Part shown: positions 1 to 8,624 of the stretch, one piece after another
Position numbering within the stretch: position 1 is the stretch's first letter
Layout: the number at the start of each line of letters is the position of its first letter
Assembly (NCBI GenBank): GCA_963705365.1
Contig: OY970074.1
Coordinates: forward strand, 866,064 to 930,063
DNA length: 64,000 bases
DNA from: an uncultured Solirubrobacterales bacterium
Lineage (GTDB): Bacteria > Actinomycetota > Thermoleophilia > Solirubrobacterales > 70-9
Direction: 5' to 3'
Notes under the pieces: model-generated
What the model saw: the letters and a program-made list of their open reading frames with translations, nothing else
Databases searched by the model: none
Told to the model about the DNA's origin: nothing
Program-made: the position numbers and the translations under genes

Positions 1-482
1 CCTACAAGAAGCGGCTGCAGCAGCACCTGCGCGAGACCAAAGGACACGCCAAACAGGTGGAGCGCCGGATCAAGAAACTCGGCGGCGGCGGCAACGCCCT
101 CCAGACCATCGTCGGCAAGACGATGGCGGCCGCGAAGGGCCCCCTCCACATGGCCCGCGGCAGCGGCGAGCAGGAGAAAATGCTGAAGAACGCCAAGACG
201 GAGTACTTCAACGAGCACGAGGAGATCTCCACCTACCTGGCGATCGAGACCTTCGCCGAAAGGGTCGGCGACAAAGAGACGGCCAAACTCGCGCGTGGCA
301 TCCGCCGCGAGGAGGAGCGGATGGCGAAATTCCTCGAGAACCAGATCAAAGCGCTCTCGGGCGCCGTCGCCAGCGATGAGGTGCCGGCGGCGCAGCGGCG
401 CTCGTCCAACTCCAAACGGAAAGCGCCGGTGAAAGCGAAAGCGAGACCGAAAGCCCGCAAAAAAGCGGCGCGCAAACGCTAG
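1..482 (+). CDS. DUF892/YciE-like ferritin-like stress protein, 5' end outside window, Lys/Arg-rich tail
   Basis: The frame is open from the window edge (codons from nt 3: YKKRLQQHLRETKGHAKQVERRIKKLGG) and continues into track ORF 57..482. Helical YciE/YciF-like motifs resemble the ORF at 14150..15115. Confidence 0.7.
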   Translation, partial: YKKRLQQHLRETKGHAKQVERRIKKLGGGGNALQTIVGKTMAAAKGPLHMARGSGEQEKMLKNAKTEYFNEHEEISTYLAIETFAERVGDKETAKLARGIRREEERMAKFLENQIKALSGAVASDEVPAAQRRSSNSKRKAPVKAKARPKARKKAARKR

Positions 483-1501
483 GTCGTCTTCTGGTCCTTG
501 GGGTCGTCGCGAGGCTCGAGCTGGATCTCACGCTCGGCCCGCGGCCGGCCTTCCTCGATCTCGCGGCCGCGCTCGATCTCGGCGTTGAGCTGGTGGCCGA
601 AGAGGATCGCCAGGTTGGTGATCCAGAACCAGACGAGCAGGGCGACGAGGCCGCCGAGCGTGCCGTAGGTCTTGTCGTAGGAGCCGAAGTTGGCGACGTA
701 GAAGGCAAAGGCGGCGGAGGCGACGATCCAGACGACGATCGCGACGACGCTTCCCGTCGTCACCCATTTGAAGCCGCGCAGCTTGACGTTGGGGGAGGCG
801 TAATAGAGGACGGCAACCATGAGCATGAAGAGCGCCGCCATCACCGGCCACTTGGCGATGTTCCAGACGTCGATCGCGGTGCCGCTGAGGCCGATCGGCG
901 AGGCGACCGCTTCGACCACGGGGCCGGTCAGGACCAGACCCACCGCCAGCAGCGCCATGATCAGGATCATCGCCAGCGTTACCGCGATCTGCAGCGGTCG
1001 CAGCTTCCAGAACGGCCGTCCCTCCGGCGTCTCGTAGATGACATTGGACGCGCGCATGAAGGCGCCGACGTAGGCGGAGGCTGACCACAGCGCCACGGCC
1101 AGGCCGAGCACGAAGGCGATGCCGGCGGTGCCGCGGTTTTCGACGATCGATTCGATTGGGCCGGAGAAGGTCTCCGCGGCCGAGGAGGGGCCGATTTCGG
1201 TGATGATCTCGGTCAGGCTGTCGGTGGTCGTTTTCGGATCGCCGAAGATCCCAATCAGCGAGACCATCGCGATCAGGGCCGGGAAGAGCGAGAGCAGGCC
1301 GTAGTAGGTGAGCGCAGCCGCCCAGTCGGTGAGGTTGTCCTCCATGAACTCGGCCACCGTGCGTTTCGCCGTCGCGAACAGGCCGGTGTCACGGGGGGCG
1401 CCCTCCGGCGCGTAGTCGCGGCGAACCTCGCCGCTGACGGCGTCGCCGTCGTGGGAATCCCGCTCGCGCAGTTCCTGATCCCTCTTCCGGGGTGCGTCCA
1501 T
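479..1501 (-). CDS. YihY/BrkB family inner-membrane protein
   Basis: 340-aa ORF with multiple hydrophobic helices. N-proximal FMEDNLTDWAAALTYYGLLSLFPALIA is typical of the YihY/virulence factor BrkB family. Confidence 0.85.
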   Translation of the reverse strand: MDAPRKRDQELRERDSHDGDAVSGEVRRDYAPEGAPRDTGLFATAKRTVAEFMEDNLTDWAAALTYYGLLSLFPALIAMVSLIGIFGDPKTTTDSLTEIITEIGPSSAAETFSGPIESIVENRGTAGIAFVLGLAVALWSASAYVGAFMRASNVIYETPEGRPFWKLRPLQIAVTLAMILIMALLAVGLVLTGPVVEAVASPIGLSGTAIDVWNIAKWPVMAALFMLMVAVLYYASPNVKLRGFKWVTTGSVVAIVVWIVASAAFAFYVANFGSYDKTYGTLGGLVALLVWFWITNLAILFGHQLNAEIERGREIEEGRPRAEREIQLEPRDDPKDQKTT

Positions 1502-1557
1502 GCGCCCTGGGTACCCGTCACGGCGCGACCGAATCGTCTCTCTCGACCGGCGCCCAG

Positions 1558-3495
1558 CTAGGCGGGACCGTCGATCTCGACCGGCTCCAGTTGGTCGGCT
1601 GGATCAAAGCCGAGGATGCGTCCGTAGAAGTAGAGCTCGGCTTCGAAGCAGCGGATCTCAGTCTCGGCGCGGCGGAAGCCGTGCGCCTCGTCCTCGAAGG
1701 CCAGGTAGGCGTGGGGAACGCCGTTGCGCCGCAGCGCTGCGACCATCGTTTCGGCCTGGCTCGGTGGCACCACCTCGTCCTCAAGGCCCTGGAAGAGAAT
1801 CACCGGCGCCCGCAGCTGCTCGACGAAGTGGATCGGCGAGCGCTCCCGGTAGAGGTCCGCCCGCTCGGGATAGGGCCCGATCAGCCCGTCGAGGTAGCGC
1901 GACTCGAACTTGTGGGTGTCCCCGGCGAGGGTCTCGGTGTCGGCGACGCCGAAGTAGCTGGCGCCGGTGGCGAAGTCGTCGTGGAAGACGAGCGCGCAGA
2001 GGGTCGCGTAGCCGCCGGCAGAGCCGCCGCGGATCGCCAGCCGTGCCTCGTCCGCCTCGCCGGTCGCCGCCAGGTGGCGAGCGGCGGCGATGCAGTCGTC
2101 GGTGTCGAGCACGCCCCAGCCGCCGCGCAGGCGTTGGCGGTAGGGGCGGCCGTAGCCGCTGCTGCCGCGGTAGTTGACGTCGACGACGCCGATCCCGCGG
2201 CTGGTCCAGAAGAGGAACTCGCGGTCGAGCGCCGGCGTCGCGTGCGAGGTGGGTCCGCCGTGGCTCTGGACGATCAGCGGCGGCAGTTCGCCTTCCGGTG
2301 CCTCGAAATCAGGATTGGTCGGGGGGTAGTAGAAGCCGTGGGCGGTCTCGCCGTCCGTGGTCGGGAACTCGACCGGACGCGGGATCGAGACGTAACCGTC
2401 CTCGACCGCCTCATCAGCTGCGCTCTGGTGCTCCTCCAGCGCGCCGTCGCGGATGTCGAGCAGAACCACGGCGGTCTCGCGGGCTGGGCTGGCGGCGGCG
2501 AAGGCGACCCGCGTGCCGTCGCTCGACAGCGAAGGGAAGCCGAACGAGGTGTAGGGGAGCTCGAGATCGTCGAGCCGTCCGGCGCCAGGCTCGAGCAGGA
2601 AGAGGCGTTCTTCGCCGTGCTCGCAGCGAATGCAGACGATTGCGCCGTCTTCGAGGAAGGCGTAGGTGGAGCCGCCGAAGAGCCACTGCGGGTGCGCCAG
2701 CTCAGCTTCCTCATCGGTCAGCTGCGCCACCTCCTCGCCCTCGTCGCGATAGAGGTTCCACCAGCCCTCCCGGTCGGAGACGAAGTGCAGCCTGCCCTCG
2801 TGGTCCCACTCGGGCTGGAAGACCGACTCATCCCTTCCTCCCGCCACAAGGGTCGCCGCGGCGGTGTCCGCGAGCGGCGCGACCCAGAGCTCGGTCCCGT
2901 CCCAGGGCATGTTCGGGTGGTCCCAGCAGGTCCAGGCGAGGCGGGCGCCGTCCGGGCTGACCCGCGGGAAGGAGTAGAAGTCGCGTCCGGAGGCGAGCAC
3001 GTTCGCTTCCCCGGAGCCGTCGAGGGCGAGGGCGACGATCTGGTTCTCGGCTTCGCTCTCGCCGTGGACCTCGCGCACGCCGACGACGCTGCGGCCGTCC
3101 GGCGTGAGGCGGAAGTCGGCGTAGCGCAGGCCCGCAGGCATCTGCGGTTTGGGGGTGATCGCAACCGGCTCCTCGCCGAGCCGCTGCCGGTAGAGGCGCT
3201 GGTCGGCGAAGTCGACGAAAAGGACGAGGTCCGCGGCGGCGAGCGTCCAGGCGCCGCCGCCGTACTCGTGGACACGGGTGCGCACGTTGACGTCTCCAGG
3301 AGTCACCGCTTCGGGCTCGCCGCCGGGCTGGCGCCGCATCAGCACCACGCGCCCGCCCTCCGCCGGCCTGCCTTCGGCCCACCAGACCGCCCCGTCCGCC
3401 GCCAGCGCTGGTGCGCCCAGTCGCCGCCCGGCCCGCGCGACGGTCGCCGCGTCGATCGGCGAGCGCCAGGAGCCGTAGGGAGCGGTCGGGGCCAC
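1558..3495 (-). CDS. S9 family serine peptidase (prolyl oligopeptidase / acylaminoacyl-peptidase-like)
   Basis: 645-aa ORF with an N-terminal propeller-like region and a C-terminal alpha/beta hydrolase. Nucleophile elbow is GGSAGGYATL; distal acid/His region is FEDEAHGF. Confidence 0.85.
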   Translation of the reverse strand: MAPTAPYGSWRSPIDAATVARAGRRLGAPALAADGAVWWAEGRPAEGGRVVLMRRQPGGEPEAVTPGDVNVRTRVHEYGGGAWTLAAADLVLFVDFADQRLYRQRLGEEPVAITPKPQMPAGLRYADFRLTPDGRSVVGVREVHGESEAENQIVALALDGSGEANVLASGRDFYSFPRVSPDGARLAWTCWDHPNMPWDGTELWVAPLADTAAATLVAGGRDESVFQPEWDHEGRLHFVSDREGWWNLYRDEGEEVAQLTDEEAELAHPQWLFGGSTYAFLEDGAIVCIRCEHGEERLFLLEPGAGRLDDLELPYTSFGFPSLSSDGTRVAFAAASPARETAVVLLDIRDGALEEHQSAADEAVEDGYVSIPRPVEFPTTDGETAHGFYYPPTNPDFEAPEGELPPLIVQSHGGPTSHATPALDREFLFWTSRGIGVVDVNYRGSSGYGRPYRQRLRGGWGVLDTDDCIAAARHLAATGEADEARLAIRGGSAGGYATLCALVFHDDFATGASYFGVADTETLAGDTHKFESRYLDGLIGPYPERADLYRERSPIHFVEQLRAPVILFQGLEDEVVPPSQAETMVAALRRNGVPHAYLAFEDEAHGFRRAETEIRCFEAELYFYGRILGFDPADQLEPVEIDGPA

Positions 3496-3595
3496 GGCCG
3501 CAGTCTAGGTTCGAACGAACGCGAACGATTTTGGGGCCTATAGCCCCACTAATCGCTCTGGTTCGAGACGGCGATCCCCATAGACTGCCGCGCCG

Positions 3596-4741
3596 ATGAC
3601 CGATACCTACGAGGTCCCCCAGGAGTCCCGCGACCTGCGCGACATGGTGCGCCGGCTGGCACAGGAGAAGATCGCCCCGCGCGCCGGCGAGATCGATCGC
3701 GAAGGCGAATACCCGTGGGACGTGCGCAAGCTGCTGGCCGAGCACGACATCCTCGGCTTGCCCTTCTCCGAGGGTTACGGCGGCACCGGGACCGGCACGC
3801 TGGTCCTGCAGATGGCGGTCGAGGAGATCGCAAAGGCCTGCGCCTCCTCCGCTCTGATCCTGATGATTCAGGAGCTGGGGACGCTACCGCTTCAGCTCTT
3901 CGGCTCCGACGAGCTGAAGCAGCGCTTTTTGCCGAAATGCGCCAGCGGCGAGTGGTCGCCGGCCTTCGCCCTCTCCGAGCCGGAGGCCGGCAGTGACCCG
4001 GCTTCGATGCGGACGACCGCCGTCCGCGACGGCGACGAGTGGGTCATCAACGGGCAGAAGAACTGGATCACCAACGCCTCGATCGCCGACTTCTACGTCG
4101 TCTTTGCCGTGACCGACCGCGAGAACAAGCGAATGAGCGCCTTCGTGGTCGAGAAAGAGCGCGAGGGCTTCGATCCCGGCCAGCTCGAGCACAAGCTGGG
4201 AATCAAGGGCTCGCCGACTGGCTCACCGTCGTTCACCGACGTCCGCGTCGGGCACGAGAACATGGTCGGCACCGAGGGCAAGGGCCTCAGCGTCGCCCTC
4301 GGCACGCTGGAGCGGACCCGGCTCGGGGCCGCTGCGCAGGCGGTCGGGATCGCCCAGGGGGCGACCGACTACGCCAACGATTACGCGAGGGAGCGGATCG
4401 CCTTCGGCAAGCCAATCAACAACCTGCAGGGGATCCAGTTCAAGCTCGCCGACATGGAGACCGGCACCGCCGCCGCCCGCGAGCTCCTCTACAAAGCCTG
4501 TGCGCTGGCCGACAAGCCCGAGCGCCCGGCCGACCTCGGCAAGTGGACCTCGATGGCAAAGCTCTTCGCCTCCGACAACGCGATGCGTGTCACGGTCGAG
4601 GCGATCCAGGTGCTCGGCGGCTACGGCTACGTCAACGAGTACCCGGTCGAGCGGATGATGCGCGACGCCAAGATCACCCAGATCTATGAGGGAACGAACG
4701 AGATCCAGCGCGTCGTGATCGCCCGCGCGATGGGCGCCTGA
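3596..4741 (+). CDS. acyl-CoA dehydrogenase
   Basis: 381 aa. ACAD signatures include ALSEPEAGSD, GGYGYVNEYPVERMMRDAKITQIYEGTNEIQR. Confidence 0.92.
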   Translation: MTDTYEVPQESRDLRDMVRRLAQEKIAPRAGEIDREGEYPWDVRKLLAEHDILGLPFSEGYGGTGTGTLVLQMAVEEIAKACASSALILMIQELGTLPLQLFGSDELKQRFLPKCASGEWSPAFALSEPEAGSDPASMRTTAVRDGDEWVINGQKNWITNASIADFYVVFAVTDRENKRMSAFVVEKEREGFDPGQLEHKLGIKGSPTGSPSFTDVRVGHENMVGTEGKGLSVALGTLERTRLGAAAQAVGIAQGATDYANDYARERIAFGKPINNLQGIQFKLADMETGTAAARELLYKACALADKPERPADLGKWTSMAKLFASDNAMRVTVEAIQVLGGYGYVNEYPVERMMRDAKITQIYEGTNEIQRVVIARAMGA

Positions 4742-4766
4742 GCACCATCCCCCATTCGCGTGGCGC

Positions 4767-5270
4767 TTACTGATCCTCGGCCGAGATCTCGCGCAGGCGG
4801 TGGGTGTCGACGTCGTAGACGAAGCCGCGGACCGTTTCGCGGTGGGGGATGAAGGGGGAGCGACGGACGCGCTGGATCGACTGGCGTACGGCCTCATCCA
4901 CGTCCGAGAAGGCGCCGATAGGGAACTCGGGAGCGGCTCCGGCGTCCTGCTCGAGCTCGGCCCGGAAGCCCTCGTCGGTGATCTTCTCCATGCCGCAGTC
5001 GGTGTGGTGGATCAGCATCACCGCGCGCGTGCCGAGGCGCCGTTGTGAGATCGCCAGCGAGCGGATCGTGTCGTCGGTGACGATGCCGCCGGCGTTGCGC
5101 AGTACGTGCGCCTCGCCGTCGCCGAGACCGAGCGCCGCGAAGACATCCAGGCGCGAATCCATGCAGGTGACGATCGCCAGCTTGCGGCTCGGCTCGACGT
5201 CGAGATGCCGGTCGGCGAGGGGCTCGGCGAAGGCGCGGTTGTTGGCAAGCAGCTCGTCGATCGTCTCCAT
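4767..5270 (-). CDS. beta-class carbonic anhydrase
   Basis: 167 aa. Zinc-ligand motifs CMDSR and HHTDCGM. Confidence 0.88.
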   Translation of the reverse strand: METIDELLANNRAFAEPLADRHLDVEPSRKLAIVTCMDSRLDVFAALGLGDGEAHVLRNAGGIVTDDTIRSLAISQRRLGTRAVMLIHHTDCGMEKITDEGFRAELEQDAGAAPEFPIGAFSDVDEAVRQSIQRVRRSPFIPHRETVRGFVYDVDTHRLREISAEDQ

Positions 5271-5347
5271 GGCGGCGCAGCCTAGAGGTCCGCGGGGCCA
5301 CTCCGCCGCCGCGTTTCCCCGGCTGGCCCAGGGGGTACCGGCTCGCC

Positions 5348-5677
5348 ATGAGCGAGAAGCCGCGTCCTGACGATCCGCACGAGGCCGACAGCGGCTTCCC
5401 TGAGCCGTCTGGCAAGGATCCCGGCGACATATCCGGCGACCGCTCGCCGCACCACGCCCTCAACAACCCCGTGGGCGACCCCGACCCGACCGAGTGGCCG
5501 GATCCCTACGAGAAGCGCGAGGACCCGAAGGACCCGGAAGACCCCGATGGAGAGCCGTTCGGGGAGGAGCCGCATCCGCCGGGCGGCAGCACGAGCACCA
5601 GCGAGCCGCATCCCTCCCAGGACCCGGAGGCCGGTGACCGCTGGGAGGGGCCGAAGCGCGACAAGCTCGACGACTAG
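5348..5677 (+). CDS. hypothetical acidic Pro/Asp-rich protein
   Basis: 109-aa ORF with low-complexity DP/EP-rich sequence, just upstream of the ferritin-like gene. No recognisable domain. Confidence 0.4.
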   Translation: MSEKPRPDDPHEADSGFPEPSGKDPGDISGDRSPHHALNNPVGDPDPTEWPDPYEKREDPKDPEDPDGEPFGEEPHPPGGSTSTSEPHPSQDPEAGDRWEGPKRDKLDD

Positions 5678-5691
5678 AGAGAGGAAGGACG

Positions 5692-6201
5692 ATGGAGGCG
5701 AAGAGTTTCGACAAGGGGATCCTCGACGGCGACAGCTCCGCCACGCGGGACCACGTCGTCGAGCTGCTGACTAAGGCGTACTGGATGGAGATCGAGACGG
5801 TGATGAGCTACCTCGCCGCCTCGACCAACCTGGACGGGGTTCGCGCGCAGGAGATCAAGGAGTCCCTCGCCGAGGACATCGAAGAGGAGCTCGGCCACGC
5901 CCGCCAGTTCGCGGCCCGGATCAAGGAGCTCTACGGCGTCGTTCCCGGCTCGGAGGACTTCCGCGCCGAACAGAGCTTCCTGCAGCCGCCAGAGCACCAG
6001 ACCGACACCGTCCACGTGATCCGCGGCGTGATCAAGGCCGAGACCGGCGCGATCGAGCACTACACGCGGATGATCGAGGAGACCGACGCGGTCGATCCGG
6101 TCACCCAGGACATGGTGATCGGCATCCTGCGTGATGAGCAGGCGCACCGGCGGTTGTTCGAGGGGTTCTTGCGGGAGTATGAGTTCGAAGGGAAGGCCTG
6201 A
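5692..6201 (+). CDS. ferritin-like (bacterioferritin/Dps superfamily) domain protein
   Basis: 169 aa. Four-helix-bundle pattern with paired ExxH-type motifs (EEELGHARQF, LRDEQAHRRLF). Confidence 0.7.
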   Translation: MEAKSFDKGILDGDSSATRDHVVELLTKAYWMEIETVMSYLAASTNLDGVRAQEIKESLAEDIEEELGHARQFAARIKELYGVVPGSEDFRAEQSFLQPPEHQTDTVHVIRGVIKAETGAIEHYTRMIEETDAVDPVTQDMVIGILRDEQAHRRLFEGFLREYEFEGKA

Positions 6202-6216
6202 GGCGGGGTGATGGGA

Positions 6217-6357
6217 GGGACCTGGTCGCCCTCCAGTCGAATTAGTCGCGCACCCTTCGGGTGCGGCTCCGGATGATGGTGCGCGCCTATGGCGCGCAGG
6301 AGTCGGATTGCATGTCGCGGCCTGCGGCCACATTCGACTGGAGGGCGACCAGGCCCC
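6217..6357 (+). repeat. family-1 nested-hairpin intergenic element, copy A (GCTCCGGATGAT / GATTGCATGTCGC core)
   Basis: 6221-6242 pairs perfectly with 6332-6353 (22 bp). The 89-nt core aligns with cores at 40586-40677 (+) and 40855-40944 (-). Confidence 0.9.
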
Positions 6358-6387
6358 TCGCCAACACGTCGCCTAGGCTCATTTGCT

Positions 6388-6897
6388 GTGACAGGCACTG
6401 AGGGGAACCTGCGGATTCGGCCGGCGACGGAGGGGGATGTTGAGACTCTCTTTGGGCTGATCCTGGAGTTGGCGGAGTATGAGAAATTGAGCGATGTGAT
6501 GCGGGGGGATGCGGAGGTGCTGCGGCGTTCGTTGTTCGAGCAGCGGGCGGCGGAGGCGCTGATGGTTGAAGTCGGTGGAGAGGCGGTCGGCTACGCGATC
6601 TTCTTCACCACCTTCTCGACCTTCGAGTGCCGCTCCGGCGTCTGGGTCGAGGATGTCTACGTGCGGCCCTCGCATCGTCGCGACGGCATCGGCCGGGCGG
6701 TCATGGAGCACCTCGCGGCGCTGACTCTGGAGCGCGGTCACGTCCGCCTCGAATGGTGCGCGCTCGAGTGGAATGAGCCGGCGCTGCGCTTCTACGACAA
6801 GCTCGGCGCCACCCGGCTCGAGGAGTGGCGGATGCTGCGCCTCGAGCGCGAGGGCATGCAGCGGCTCGCGGGCGATGGGCCGATAAGTCGACCCTGA
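6388..6897 (+). CDS. GNAT family N-acetyltransferase (diamine/SSAT-like)
   Basis: Track ORF 6289..6897. The first 33 codons run through repeat A, so GTG 6388 (VTGTEGNLRIRPATEGDVE) is preferred. The GNAT acetyl-CoA region is RRDGIGRAVMEHL. Confidence 0.8.
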   Translation: MTGTEGNLRIRPATEGDVETLFGLILELAEYEKLSDVMRGDAEVLRRSLFEQRAAEALMVEVGGEAVGYAIFFTTFSTFECRSGVWVEDVYVRPSHRRDGIGRAVMEHLAALTLERGHVRLEWCALEWNEPALRFYDKLGATRLEEWRMLRLEREGMQRLAGDGPISRP

Positions 6898-6916
6898 CTC
6901 GACTTATCGGCCCATC
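6874..6916. terminator. 18-bp perfect hairpin between convergent genes, overlapping the GNAT stop codon
   Basis: gatgggccgataagtcga (6874-6891), loop ccctgac, tcgacttatcggcccatc (6899-6916). No U-tract. Confidence 0.5.
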
Positions 6917-6928
6917 GGCCGGCGGTCG

Positions 6929-7135
6929 CTACTCCTCGCGCGGCGTGATGCGGAAGATCGAGACGACCTCGGCCTGGTGGGCCTCGGGGTGGGCTACGTA
7001 GGCGCTGGGGCCGCCACCGAACCAGCCTGCGGCTTCGTTGTCGCCGACGAAGACGCCTGGATGGCGCTTGCCGTCCCCGTCCTGGACCCAGACCTTGTCG
7101 CCCTCCCTGAACCCGTGCTCGATCGCCTCGCTCAT
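6929..7135 (-). CDS. hypothetical small protein (68 aa)
   Basis: ORF translationally coupled to the upstream VOC gene (adjacent at 7135). No recognised domain. Confidence 0.5.
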   Translation of the reverse strand: MSEAIEHGFREGDKVWVQDGDGKRHPGVFVGDNEAAGWFGGGPSAYVAHPEAHQAEVVSIFRITPREE

Positions 7136-7509
7136 CAGCGCGTCCCTCTGGGCCGCACCTGCTGGACCGCCCAGCCGTTGCCGTCGGGGTCGCTGAAGAA
7201 GACGAACGAGCCCCAGTCGAAGTCCTGGATCCCGCTGATCTCGATGCCGCGCCCGCTTAGCTCCGCGTGGGCCGCCTCGATGTCGTCCACGACCAGCTGC
7301 AGGCCCTGTGCCGAGCCCGGCGTCATCTCGCTGAGCCCGGTTCCGATCGAGATCGACGTGGGGGAACCGGGGGGCGTCAGCTGCACGAAGCGCATCGCGT
7401 CGCTGACCCGGTGGTCGTGTTCGGCGACGAAGCCAGCCTGCTCGTAGAAGGCCTTGGCTCGGTCGACGTCCGAGACGGGGACGTTCACCAGCTCAAGTCG
7501 AAAATCCAC
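7135..7509 (-). CDS. VOC (glyoxalase/bleomycin-resistance/dioxygenase) family protein
   Basis: 124 aa. VNVPVSDVDRAKAFYEQ..GF and FFSDPDGNGW are typical of VOC folds. Confidence 0.8.
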   Translation of the reverse strand: MDFRLELVNVPVSDVDRAKAFYEQAGFVAEHDHRVSDAMRFVQLTPPGSPTSISIGTGLSEMTPGSAQGLQLVVDDIEAAHAELSGRGIEISGIQDFDWGSFVFFSDPDGNGWAVQQVRPRGTR

Positions 7510-7667
7510 CGGCCGAGTCTATCCAGCGCTGCGCTTTATTCCCGCATAGCGGGAGGAAGGCGCAGAGCGCAAGGGCGGCCGCGACCGCGGCGGTCGCCTT
7601 GGCGGAAGACCTCATCGGCGCCGATGCTAAGGCCCAGCGCCGTCTCGCCTGCGGGTAGCCTGGCGCC

Positions 7668-8615
7668 ATGGCCAGAGAGGGCGAGCCGATGAAGGCGAAG
7701 CTCACCGACCTCCCCTTCAGCGACCCGGCCTGGGTCTTCGAGCGCAAGCTCGACGGGATCCGAGCGGCGGTGCGCAAGGAAGGCGGCGAGGTGACGCTCA
7801 CCTCCCGCACCGGCAAACCGCTGACCGCCGCCTATCCGGAGCTGGTCGAGGCCCTGGAAGCCGAGCCGGCGACGCGGTTTTTGGCCGACGGCGAGATCGT
7901 CGCCTTCGACGGCACCCGCACCAGCTTCGAGCGGCTGCAGGGACGGATGGGCGTCCACGACCCGCGGCTGGCGCGCCTGACCGGGATCCGGGTCTTCCTC
8001 TACCTCTTCGACCTGCTCGAGTTCGACGGCCACGACCTGACCGGATTGCCGTTGCGCGCCCGCAAGGCGGCGCTGCGCCGCGCCTTCTCCTTCCACGGCC
8101 CGGTCCGTTACACGCCGCATCGCAATGAGCGCGGCGAGGAGTTCCTCCGCGAGGCCTGCGCCAAAGGGTGGGAGGGGCTGATCGCCAAGCGCGCCGACAG
8201 TACCTACGTCCACGGCCGCAGCGGCGACTGGCTGAAGTTGAAGTGCTCCTTCGAGCAGGAGCTGGTGATCGGCGGCTTCACGCCGCCGCAGGGAGCGCGC
8301 AAGCACTTCGGTGCGCTGCTGGTGGGCTACTACGAGGATGGGGAGCTGCGCTACGCGGGCAAAGTCGGAACCGGGTTCAGCGAGAAGACGCTGGCCACGC
8401 TCGGCGCCCGGCTGGAGGCGCTGGAGGCGCCGAAATCCCCGTTCGCCCGCGGCGGCGGGCAACCGCGTCTCGCCCGCTGGGTCGAACCGCGGCTGGTCGG
8501 CCAGTTCGGCTTCGGCGAGTGGACCCGCGACGGCAAGCTGCGCCATCCCCGCTACCTCGGGCTGCGCGAGGACAAGCGCCCTCGGGAAGTGGTTCGCGAG
8601 GTGCCGGGCGGGTAG
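7668..8615 (+). CDS. ATP-dependent DNA ligase, LigD-ligase-domain type (stand-alone)
   Basis: 315 aa. Motif I is ERKLDGIRA (adenylylated Lys); also FDLLEFDGHDL, EGLIAKR and DWLKLKC. Confidence 0.88.
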   Translation: MAREGEPMKAKLTDLPFSDPAWVFERKLDGIRAAVRKEGGEVTLTSRTGKPLTAAYPELVEALEAEPATRFLADGEIVAFDGTRTSFERLQGRMGVHDPRLARLTGIRVFLYLFDLLEFDGHDLTGLPLRARKAALRRAFSFHGPVRYTPHRNERGEEFLREACAKGWEGLIAKRADSTYVHGRSGDWLKLKCSFEQELVIGGFTPPQGARKHFGALLVGYYEDGELRYAGKVGTGFSEKTLATLGARLEALEAPKSPFARGGGQPRLARWVEPRLVGQFGFGEWTRDGKLRHPRYLGLREDKRPREVVREVPGG

Positions 8616-8624
8616 CAGCGGCGC

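Noticed and set aside
1492-3543. 683-aa ORF on the + strand
   Set aside because: It lies antisense to the well-supported S9 peptidase gene. The Arg/Gly/Ala/Val-rich low-complexity translation is typical of GC-rich shadow frames, and no domain motifs are present.
6243-6331. Conserved small peptide encoded by the family-1 core
   Set aside because: The ATGs and reading frames across the core differ between copies A and B (cgg att gca tgt versus gat tgc atg tcg). Conservation is at the nucleotide and structure level.
6289-6387. N-terminal 33 codons of the GNAT track ORF, and similarly 40934..41020 for clpP
   Set aside because: These extensions are translations of repeat elements A and C. The same nucleotide repeat yields similar pseudo-peptides (HPEPHPKGA..., APEGCATNS...) in several unrelated track ORFs.
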